Part shown: positions 16,446 through 24,280 of the stretch, piece after piece | How positions within the stretch are numbered: position 1 is the stretch's first letter | Layout: every line of letters begins with the position of its first letter | Virus record (IMG/VR): IMGVR_UViG_3300037424_000553 | Coordinates: 64,947 to 97,311 of that record | Strand: one strand, 5' to 3' | From: a virus | Length of the DNA stretch: 32,365 nucleotides | Notes under the pieces: model-generated | What the model was told of the DNA's origin: nothing | The model's input: the letters and a program-made list of their open reading frames with translations, nothing else | The model's database searches: none | Position numbers and translations under genes: made by a program

Positions 16446-17608
16446 CCCTGTATCAGCTTCAGCAGTGTCGGTTTAATGTTGCGAGCCCAGACTGCCCCGT
16501 ACTCTCCGGCGTTCATGTTCCGTGTCAGATGAATGAGCTGGTCTTTCGTTGCCCGCTCATAGAGTCCGCTCTCGAAGATCCCTTGAATGAATCCGGCCAT
16601 GTACTCGGCGCCCATGTTGGAGAGCAGGCCTGGCCAGTCCTTGTCAACAAGATCTTTGTACCCATCACAATTCAGCAGGATCGGGAAGGCACCACAGGCG
16701 ATCGCTTCACGGATACTCTCGCCACCGAATCCATTATCGCAGAGACCGATGACAGCCTTGCTGCGCCTGAGAAGCCGGGTGTACGCACCCAGATTCTTGT
16801 TGGTACCCTCCTGGACATAGACGTTCTCGATGCCCTCGAGCAACTTGTTCTCGGTGAGATAGCGCGTCTGATCAGGGAAGTAGACCTTCCCTTGCCATCC
16901 AATCTCACGCAGCACCTTGAGTGCTGCAATGAACTCCACGTGATGTGAGTAGTTGGTGCTACTCCCACGCAGGACGAACAGCAGATCGATGTCACGCTCC
17001 GGCGGTGCCCAGTTCTGGGACTGAATGGGATCGTGCAATTGCTGAATATTCCATGCGAATGGCCAGAGCTGAACACCATCGATTGCCTTCTCGAAGTCTC
17101 TTTGCTTCGCAAGATGATCGCGAATCCGTTGCCGCATACTCGGACTCAGGCATGTGATGACATCCGCCTTCTCATAGTTCATGTCGAACAACGGACTCAT
17201 CCATGGCCATGCTGTCTCCGGTGAGAGATTGTGATGCTGAATCACCTTCATCTTCGGATAGGCACCTTTGATCGCCCACCCGATGAGCTCATGCGAGGTA
17301 AAGAGGATATCGACATCCTTGAACAGCGTCGGCCAGCGATGCGGATACCACTCGAGCCGCTGCGCCATATTCTCTGCCGGGATCGCTACTTCATGGATGT
17401 CAAGCATATCACCCGTCCCATCCCACGCTGGGAGCGTCTGGCAATCCTTGAGTTGCGGCACCAGCAGGCGAATCTTCCAGCCCAGCTCCTCATGGATCTT
17501 GTGCGCCATGAACATGATGTGCTTGGTGGCAACACAGGAATGCAGCAGGAATTTCCCAGTCTGCTTGTCCTGCTGCGAGTAGAAGGGCAGGAGTGCGATT
17601 CGTGTCAT
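16442..17608 (-). CDS. GT-B fold glycosyltransferase, probably DNA-modifying
   Basis: ADVITCLSPSMR, DLLFVLR, YTRLLRRSKAVI, FGGESIREAIACGAFPIL (GT-B donor-binding motif); embedded in the replication module. Confidence 0.8.
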   Translation of the reverse strand: MTRIALLPFYSQQDKQTGKFLLHSCVATKHIMFMAHKIHEELGWKIRLLVPQLKDCQTLPAWDGTGDMLDIHEVAIPAENMAQRLEWYPHRWPTLFKDVDILFTSHELIGWAIKGAYPKMKVIQHHNLSPETAWPWMSPLFDMNYEKADVITCLSPSMRQRIRDHLAKQRDFEKAIDGVQLWPFAWNIQQLHDPIQSQNWAPPERDIDLLFVLRGSSTNYSHHVEFIAALKVLREIGWQGKVYFPDQTRYLTENKLLEGIENVYVQEGTNKNLGAYTRLLRRSKAVIGLCDNGFGGESIREAIACGAFPILLNCDGYKDLVDKDWPGLLSNMGAEYMAGFIQGIFESGLYERATKDQLIHLTRNMNAGEYGAVWARNIKPTLLKLIQG

Positions 17609-18183
17609 GCGACTTTCTCCAAGAGCGGGAGCACCTGCGCCCGCATCGTCATGAAATGTTCCTCGACTTCACGGAGTGAGAGATTGAAGTGATGCATCAA
17701 GTAGACGAATTCAGCCCGCTGAATCGCCTTGTTCGGCCATGGACGGAACAACTCGAAGCAGAGCGCCAGTGTCACTGGATCACGCTCGGGTGTTGTCAGG
17801 ATCTCAAACATCTCACGCTGAATCCCAGTCAAGAGATTCATCGCCTCGTCCATGACGAAGTGGAAATACCTCGCATAGCCGATATCCTCGGTGATCAGAC
17901 GTCCGAGCGTCGAGTCATCTTCCAGGTGGCTACACCGTTTCAACTCTAGCGCCCACACCTTGCGGAGTCTGAAGAGTACACCCTTGCTGATCATCATGCA
18001 GAGTGCCTCATCATCGACACGACGGGCATGACGCCGGTACACCTTGATCGCTACGAGCCGTGCTTCCTGGAGATAGTCGTCAAAGTCAAGGGCGCGGGCG
18101 CCCCAACTCAGTCTTGCGTACCGACGGGCCATCCCCACGATCACGCCCTTCTGCAACTCGAGAATTCGATCCAGCCTCTTCAT
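17605..18183 (-). CDS. Sigma70-family-like factor (region 2 plus C-terminal HTH)
   Basis: IVGMARRY...LDFDDYLQEARLVAIK; C-terminal FNLSLREVEE. Confidence 0.65.
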   Translation of the reverse strand: MKRLDRILELQKGVIVGMARRYARLSWGARALDFDDYLQEARLVAIKVYRRHARRVDDEALCMMISKGVLFRLRKVWALELKRCSHLEDDSTLGRLITEDIGYARYFHFVMDEAMNLLTGIQREMFEILTTPERDPVTLALCFELFRPWPNKAIQRAEFVYLMHHFNLSLREVEEHFMTMRAQVLPLLEKVA

Positions 18184-19141
18184 TGGATGCCTCTAGATGA
18201 AAGCGCCGACGAAAGTGGTCGGCCCAGCCTGTCGATTCGATCCGCGTGACTGGGATGTCTTCACGACGAAGATCCCCAGGATCACCGTGAGACAGACGGC
18301 AGACGGTGATCGGGACTTGATAACACCGCAACTCATGCGCGATCTCATGCGCATCGTTGATCGCATCAGGATCCAACCAGATCTCCAACGCCTTGAACTT
18401 CCCCATCTCCAGCAACCGGTGCTGCGCCTCGTGCACTTGCTTGCCGAACAGACTCGTCGCTTCATCACCAAGCGCGATGCCATCGAAGACGCCCTCAGTG
18501 ATCTTCAACGTCTCGGCCAGCTTCGCCTGATCCCAGTTGAACAGGAGTCGCGAGCTGTTCTCGATCACTTCATCGCTCGCCGGGTTGAGGTACCGCTTCC
18601 CACCACCGAAGAAGAGTCGCGCCATGAAGTACACAATCTCTTTGTTGCGCACCACTGGAATGATGATGCGCTTGACGTACCGCCCGCTCGCACAGAACCC
18701 GATCCGGTACATGAGGAAGTCGGCATCGGTGAGCCCACGCCCACGGAGGTACGTCACAGCCCGCTGCCCCATCACGTAGTCGTCGAGATCACTCGCCGGG
18801 TAAATAGGTTCGTACTCCTCTGGGAGCACAGTCGCCCTGGGCTGCCTGACCTGCTGCTCGTAGTGCTCCTCATACGAGGCCGTGCTGTACTGCTGCCACC
18901 GGCTGGTCTGAAGGATCTCCCACGCCTCGGCTTCCGAGACATGGCGATGATCTCGCAGAAAGTCAATGATGCGAGCACCCTTGCCTGCCCCACACCTGAA
19001 ACAGAAGAATCTGTATTTCTTCACGTTGATGTAGAGCTTCCCACGCTTGCCGCACCAGATGCAATCCACGACCCGCTCATCCCCAGACTTGTTGATTTTG
19101 GGGAACGACTCGTAGACGTAACGATCAAGGTCGAACGGCAT
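18086..19141 (-). CDS. DNA primase (Zn finger plus TOPRIM)
   Basis: CIWC...CFRC, YLRGRG, RIIIP, RYLNP, ITEGVFDG, LDPDA, GDPGD. Confidence 0.92.
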   Translation of the reverse strand: MPFDLDRYVYESFPKINKSGDERVVDCIWCGKRGKLYINVKKYRFFCFRCGAGKGARIIDFLRDHRHVSEAEAWEILQTSRWQQYSTASYEEHYEQQVRQPRATVLPEEYEPIYPASDLDDYVMGQRAVTYLRGRGLTDADFLMYRIGFCASGRYVKRIIIPVVRNKEIVYFMARLFFGGGKRYLNPASDEVIENSSRLLFNWDQAKLAETLKITEGVFDGIALGDEATSLFGKQVHEAQHRLLEMGKFKALEIWLDPDAINDAHEIAHELRCYQVPITVCRLSHGDPGDLRREDIPVTRIESTGWADHFRRRFHLEASNEEAGSNSRVAEGRDRGDGPSVRKTELGRPRP

Positions 19142-19143
19142 GG

Positions 19144-20658
19144 CTACCCTGAGGCTGAACGGCGCCGCTCTTCATGCTTGCTCTTCTCATCTTTCTTCTC
19201 ATCATCCTTGTCTTCACGCTTGTAGCCTGACCAATCCAACTGCTGCACCGCCTCGCCTGTCCGAACGAAGTTCCCAGTCTTCTTGTTGAACTTGAATGGC
19301 GCCGCGAAATGCGCAATGCCTTCCCGGTTCTTGGCGATGACGATGCGCATCAGATCCTCTTCCTCTTCCTCCGGAGTCTGGCAGAGCGTGAAGATCAGCT
19401 CTGCCATCCACGCAACCTCGAAACACTCCGCGAGATCCCGCATCCCGATGACAGGCTTGGAGAACGAGCCTTTGTTGGTCTGCATCGGGACATGCATGAC
19501 CGCATCATACTCACGCCCAAGGATCTGGAGATCGCTGTAGATGTTCGCGAGCTCATGTCGCTTCTCGCGTTCCTGATACCGCTGTACGCCGTGCATCCGC
19601 CCTGGATAGTCCACCAGAATCACATCAGGCTGAAAGCCCTCTTCAGCATTGAGACGTTCCAGCTCGGCCTGAATGTTCTCGACCGTGGCAGCCTTGCCCA
19701 TCAACTCGATGATGATCAACTCCCCGGCGTAAGTCTGCAACGCCTTGAGTCGCTCCATCGTCAACTTGGGATCATCGCGCATGTCATCACGTGTGAAATG
19801 TGTGACGCAGCGATCTACACGTCGAGCGATCGACTGCTTAGTCATCTCGCACGTGATGAACAGAACTTTCTTGCCCTGATACAGCGCCGCCTTGGTCACC
19901 CACACCAAGGCGTAGGTCTTGCCTCTGGATGTCGGCGCGGCCCAAACCACCATGTCCTTCCTGAGTGGTCCGCCATCGATGAGATAATCGATCGATGACA
20001 GCAACAGCGGGATGCGCAGGCCGTACTCGGCCTCATTGATAAGCAATTGCGACATGCGCTGTCGCGATTCCTCAAAGTACCGAACGACATTGTGACCGTT
20101 CGCCAACCCAATGGCGTTGAACTCCTTGACAATCTGTGTGATGCGCCCCCGATCACGCTCTCCGGTTCGCTCGACGAGATCCCTGATGGAGCCTAACTCG
20201 ACGAGCATCGCATCGAACGCTCGGTCCTGCACCCACTCTGTCACCTGATTCGTGATCAGCTTGGCATCGTGGACCTTGCTGCGAGAGAGCTCATCCAAGA
20301 GATCCAACCAGGCTGTGGCCACTTCAGCTGGAAGCCGTGAGCCGCGACGCTTGATCTCCTTCTGGATCTCGACGTCAAGGGCATCAACGCTCGGCACGAC
20401 ACCAGTCTCCTGCCAGCAGCGGAAGAGAAGCCCAGCCATGTCGCGATGGAGTGGTGTCGTGAAGTGCGACGGCCGAATAATCCCAGAGAACCGTGCCATC
20501 GCCGTGCGGTCGTTCATCAGAACCGCGAGCAGCTTGGCCTGATACGCCTTCGTGAAGGGGTAACTTACCCTGTCGAGTGCCGGGGCGAGGGTTGCGAGGG
20601 CTGTTGGTGTATGTTGGCGGCGAGTGACTCGAGACTCAGACTCAGAAGTGATGGCCAT
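19144..20658 (-). CDS. Replicative helicase, DnaB/T4 gp41-like
   Basis: Walker A APTSRGKT, FITCEM, ILVDY, QTNK, IAKNREG. Confidence 0.92.
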   Translation of the reverse strand: MAITSESESRVTRRQHTPTALATLAPALDRVSYPFTKAYQAKLLAVLMNDRTAMARFSGIIRPSHFTTPLHRDMAGLLFRCWQETGVVPSVDALDVEIQKEIKRRGSRLPAEVATAWLDLLDELSRSKVHDAKLITNQVTEWVQDRAFDAMLVELGSIRDLVERTGERDRGRITQIVKEFNAIGLANGHNVVRYFEESRQRMSQLLINEAEYGLRIPLLLSSIDYLIDGGPLRKDMVVWAAPTSRGKTYALVWVTKAALYQGKKVLFITCEMTKQSIARRVDRCVTHFTRDDMRDDPKLTMERLKALQTYAGELIIIELMGKAATVENIQAELERLNAEEGFQPDVILVDYPGRMHGVQRYQEREKRHELANIYSDLQILGREYDAVMHVPMQTNKGSFSKPVIGMRDLAECFEVAWMAELIFTLCQTPEEEEEDLMRIVIAKNREGIAHFAAPFKFNKKTGNFVRTGEAVQQLDWSGYKREDKDDEKKDEKSKHEERRRSASG

Positions 20659-21362
20659 GGAATGACTCCCACGCGATCCCTGAAGACACGATAGTGCTCA
20701 TGAGTCCGGGCTGCCAGCTTGCGATCTCCATCCAGACTCTTCCACTCGTCAGCCTGCGCTGTGCTCAGCTGTTGCAGGGAACGAGGGAGGTCACGGTACG
20801 ACGGAGAGCAGTACAGGAAGGATCCGGAAAACTCATGGGCGAACAGCACCCAGAAACGGCCCCAATCAAACCAGTGATACTGCCGCCGATACTTGGCGAG
20901 GCGGACGGTATCCAGCGCGAGCCGAGGTGGCGTGTAGCCGGCGCTGTGAGTGGGGAGGTCCAGGTATGTCTGACGCGGTTGATCGGGGCGGCCCCCGAAT
21001 CGGGCACTCCTCTTGACCCGCTGTTCATCGACGATTGTGTTGTAGAACGTGCCGCCGAGATTTCGTGTGTACGGCCTCAACGCCGTCTGTCGCTCGCGGA
21101 ATCTGGTGCACAGCAGACTGAAGTACTCGTTCGCGGAGGTCTTCGTCTGCTTGAGGTGCGTATCCAGCTTGATGAACACCTTGACGTACTGTGATTTGAT
21201 CGTCTGCGTTTTTCTATCGGTCACGCTCATCCGAGCGTTGAGCTTCGCATTGATATAGGCCTCCCACCGGAGGGCAAGCCAGAGCAGGTCGTGGGAGGCG
21301 GCCGACAGGTCTGAGTCTGCCGGTGCCCCGCTGCGCTGTCTCACTCTCGGTGGGAGGACCAT
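20565..21362 (-). CDS. Hypothetical basic protein upstream of the helicase (possible loader or initiator)
   Basis: Long ORF heading the helicase-primase block; function inferred from position only. Confidence 0.6.
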   Translation of the reverse strand: MVLPPRVRQRSGAPADSDLSAASHDLLWLALRWEAYINAKLNARMSVTDRKTQTIKSQYVKVFIKLDTHLKQTKTSANEYFSLLCTRFRERQTALRPYTRNLGGTFYNTIVDEQRVKRSARFGGRPDQPRQTYLDLPTHSAGYTPPRLALDTVRLAKYRRQYHWFDWGRFWVLFAHEFSGSFLYCSPSYRDLPRSLQQLSTAQADEWKSLDGDRKLAARTHEHYRVFRDRVGVIPWPSLLSLSLESLAANIHQQPSQPSPRHSTG

Positions 21363-21369
21363 GTGACAC

Positions 21370-21428
21370 ATCCTAACATGGTGTTGAGCCCATGAGAAAC
21401 ACTTTCTTGTAGGTGAATTTTTATTTTT
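21370..21428 (-). promoter_or_regulatory. Putative promoter for the replication block
   Basis: Minus strand A-tract, TTCTCA-17 nt-TAGGAT with extended -10 TG; ATG at 21362 lies 7 nt downstream. Confidence 0.4.
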
Positions 21429-21449
21429 CTGGACAGATTGGGAAGATGT

Positions 21450-21863
21450 TTACGGATTGATGACGCGCAGTGATGGCGCAAATTTCTTCGCGAAGCGGAT
21501 TGTCGTCCACGTACCGGATCGAATATCTTCGGTCGCTGTCTTCGGACAGGCAAGCATGACTTCGCTCACCAGCACGATATCTTCGTTCCGTTTCAGTGGT
21601 GGCTTCGGATCGCAGATGAAATGCGACGGTGAGTACGCTCGCAGCTTGATAAGATCCGACGGATGCGAGACCACGATGAATCCAAGATTGTGTGCAAGAC
21701 GCGCGGCCTCATCATCCGCGCCGATGCAATCACCATGATGGAAGACATGCTGACCCTGAATCTTCGGCTTGAAATCGAACATGATATGCCCGAGGTAGGC
21801 GAAGACTTCTTCCTTCTGGGTGCTGCTCATCCCTTCGCGGGTGCCCGTGAATCCGATGATCAT
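21450..21863 (-). CDS. SLOG-superfamily (YspA/DprA/LOG-like) protein
   Basis: IGFTGTR, HHGDCIGAD, PLKRNEDIV, SGTWTTIRFA. Confidence 0.8.
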   Translation of the reverse strand: MIIGFTGTREGMSSTQKEEVFAYLGHIMFDFKPKIQGQHVFHHGDCIGADDEAARLAHNLGFIVVSHPSDLIKLRAYSPSHFICDPKPPLKRNEDIVLVSEVMLACPKTATEDIRSGTWTTIRFAKKFAPSLRVINP

Positions 21864-21865
21864 GC

Positions 21866-22120
21866 TCAGGCTCCGATCATCTTCAGCCAACGGTTGATGG
21901 CGTCCCGAACTTCCTTCGCCTGCTCGATGCTCAGGTGACTTGACCCTTTGTTGTTTGAGATCCCACCGCCTTCGATGAAGATCCACAGCGCATCACGCTC
22001 GGCACTGCTACTCTGAACAACCGAGACATCAGCGCCGTAGGTGTCAACGAACTTGACGAACCAGGTGAATCCGCGATCGTTGATCTCATCACGTGTGAAC
22101 TCATGATTCACTCGAGGCAT
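21866..22120 (-). CDS. Phage hypothetical protein (84 aa)
   Basis: MPRVNHE start after GGAGG; RGF...DTYG...SSSAE...LWI...HLSIEQA. Confidence 0.7.
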   Translation of the reverse strand: MPRVNHEFTRDEINDRGFTWFVKFVDTYGADVSVVQSSSAERDALWIFIEGGGISNNKGSSHLSIEQAKEVRDAINRWLKMIGA

Positions 22121-22124
22121 TGAT

Positions 22125-22340
22125 GATTCCTCCGTCAGTGTGTTGTTGAAAGCGGCGACCGAAGGTCGCTGCCGCGCCAGCGGCTTCTTCATCCTTTTTC
22201 TTCCGTGTGCCGCTGCTATGCGCCGCTGCGTAGCAGCGAATGCTGATGACACACCCTGAAAGAAAAAAGAAGGGTAGTTCTCTCCTATTATTTATATATA
22301 GGGAATTTTGTTGCTGTCCATGGCAACAAAATTGCATGTG
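22125..22340. other. Non-coding AT-rich, hairpin-rich element; candidate replication origin
   Basis: GNA-triloop hairpins at 22152-22172 and 22224-22238, A/T tracts, TATATATA, 11-bp inverted repeat 22304-22333. Confidence 0.45.
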
Positions 22341-22637
22341 TTACTTTTCCTTTTTAGAGCCTCCTGGCAACGGTGCTCGGAGCCGCATGAGTCCGTATTT
22401 CACCGTCATCTGATAGCACGGGATTCCATGCTTCGCAAACTCATTCAAGACCCTCATCTGTACACGCTTGGGTCGACGACTCTTGTAGTTCTCAACAACG
22501 ATGAGGACGAGTTTGCTCCCACGCATGGCGATGAGATCAGGGCAGGCATTCTCGATAACATCGTACCCCATGTTTTTCAGCTGCCTGAGTGCGTAGTGTT
22601 TGCTGAACCATTTCTCTCGCGGCTTTGCGTATTTCAC
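22341..22637 (-). CDS. VRR-NUC / PD-(D/E)xK nuclease-like protein with atypical active site
   Basis: CPDLIAMRGSKLVLIVVENYK...VQMRVLNEFAKHGIPC. Confidence 0.6.
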   Translation of the reverse strand: MKYAKPREKWFSKHYALRQLKNMGYDVIENACPDLIAMRGSKLVLIVVENYKSRRPKRVQMRVLNEFAKHGIPCYQMTVKYGLMRLRAPLPGGSKKEK

Positions 22638-22678
22638 TTCTTTTCTCTCTTGTCAGCCCTGAACGCCGACGTGGGCCA

Positions 22679-22780
22679 TCAATCGTCTCCTATCCAGAAC
22701 CATACGGCGACCATGAATCCGCAGAGCGTGGCTAGCATGATCTTAACCCAGAGCGGAATCGTGATGAGCCACTCGTTCAT
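22679..22780 (-). CDS. Small membrane protein (33 aa)
   Basis: Manual translation MNEWLITIPLWVKIMLATLCGFMVAVWFWIGDD; AGGAGG RBS. Confidence 0.65.
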   Translation of the reverse strand: MNEWLITIPLWVKIMLATLCGFMVAVWFWIGDD

Positions 22781-22789
22781 TTCGTCCTC

Positions 22790-24280
22790 CTATTGTTGAT
22801 AGCACTTGATGAGCTCGATCTTGTAGCCCTCGGAGCGATATGCCTTCATCCGCCCGGCACTGTGATCTAACAGCCGCCCGTGCGTCGCATCCAGAAAGTC
22901 GTAGATGATTGACTGGACCTTCCCCTTCCTGGTCCGGGCATTGCGTCCAGCCTGCTGTTTGGCTTTGGTCGGACTCTCCATCCCACAGGCGTTAACGATG
23001 ACATCGATCTCCGGGATGTTCACGCCTTCCTTGAGTACAGTCGTGATGAGCAGAGGACGCTCGGCTTTTACAAAGCGATGGAGGATCGCAAGCCGCTTGA
23101 ACATCGGCTGCTCCCCATGGAGGAACTGTGGACTCCACACCGCCTTGCCCGCCATGCTCTTGCCCAGATACTCGAGGAAATCCCCGTGATCGACCCGATC
23201 AACGAAGATCAGCACCCGCTCCCCGGCTTCACAGTGCGCCTTGATGGTCTTGTACATCGCGGTCGCTCTGGGTGGATAGTCACAGATCCCACGCTCGTAG
23301 AGGCCACCAGGCTGAAAGAATCCTGCCGTCGAGATGTGCTCCAGCGCGTCCGGTGTCTGCTCGTAGCTGATCATCCTGACTGTCGTTGGCACCGAGAGTC
23401 CGCGCTTGACCAACTCCTGCGTGCTCACGCTGCTCTTCAGGACCGAGCCGGTGAAGCCGATCAGGGTCATGTCCTTCACCTTATCCCCACCCAGTGGTGT
23501 GGCCGAGAGCGCATACTTGTACATCGCTCGCTTGGCCTCGGTGAAGACCTGTCCCCACTTCTTCCCCTTGAAGTGATGCCCCTCGTCGACCATCACCATC
23601 TCGACTTCATCGCGGAGCCAGCGCAGGAATGGATCATGCCGAGGATCTGGGCCATCGAGTGCCTTGTCAATCCGCTTGACGATGCTCTGCACCATGCCTA
23701 CCGTGAGCAGCGCTGGCTTGAACGTGCCCTCATCACGGATCTCCCCGACGGGCATCCCAGGCAGGAGTTGCTTCACATCGAGTGAGAATTGTTTGAACAA
23801 CTCCTTGGTCGGGACGATGTAGAGTGTGTTCACCCGCAGGCGTCGAATAATCTCCATCGCAATGATGGATTTTCCTGCGTTCACCGCGGCCAGGATGATG
23901 CCACGTCGCTTGAGGAGGCTCTCATCGACGATCTGCCCCTGGTAGTCTCTGTTCGGATCTTCAGTGATGCCCACTAGTGGCGGCAGCTCAGGGAGCCTGG
24001 GTGTCGGCACCACGACGCGCCGATCATCGATCTGATTCAGCGTGATGTTGCTACCGTTGAGCAGTGCCTGCACGTGATCGAGGAGTCCAGTGGCGAACCC
24101 ACCGTTGATCCCAAAGAATCTGATCTTGCCATCCCAGAGTCCCTGACGAACCTGCGGGCTGAAGCGGGCACCCTTGATGGGCACAGCCATCGCCTCGTAG
24201 AGCATTGACTTGAGCTCAGGGTCCAGGTCAGGGATGCGACTGCGGATGGATCCGACGAAGACGTCGACCTTCTCGCTCAT
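22790..24280 (-). CDS. SF2 DEAD/DEAH-like helicase (UvsW-like)
   Basis: WDGKIRFF, RDYQ, NAGKS, DEGHH, SAT, EGVNIP, QQAGRNAR; start at 24280 by ATGA overlap. Confidence 0.92.
   Translation of the reverse strand: MSEKVDVFVGSIRSRIPDLDPELKSMLYEAMAVPIKGARFSPQVRQGLWDGKIRFFGINGGFATGLLDHVQALLNGSNITLNQIDDRRVVVPTPRLPELPPLVGITEDPNRDYQGQIVDESLLKRRGIILAAVNAGKSIIAMEIIRRLRVNTLYIVPTKELFKQFSLDVKQLLPGMPVGEIRDEGTFKPALLTVGMVQSIVKRIDKALDGPDPRHDPFLRWLRDEVEMVMVDEGHHFKGKKWGQVFTEAKRAMYKYALSATPLGGDKVKDMTLIGFTGSVLKSSVSTQELVKRGLSVPTTVRMISYEQTPDALEHISTAGFFQPGGLYERGICDYPPRATAMYKTIKAHCEAGERVLIFVDRVDHGDFLEYLGKSMAGKAVWSPQFLHGEQPMFKRLAILHRFVKAERPLLITTVLKEGVNIPEIDVIVNACGMESPTKAKQQAGRNARTRKGKVQSIIYDFLDATHGRLLDHSAGRMKAYRSEGYKIELIKCYQQ

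Noticed and set aside
21866-22337. ORF-track products 21866-22252 (128 aa), 22101-22337 and 21450-21986 (178 aa)
   Set aside because: Better starts exist at 22120 (GGAGG RBS) and 21863 (start of the SLOG domain, just after the upstream stop); the extensions cross hairpin/AT-rich DNA or another gene.
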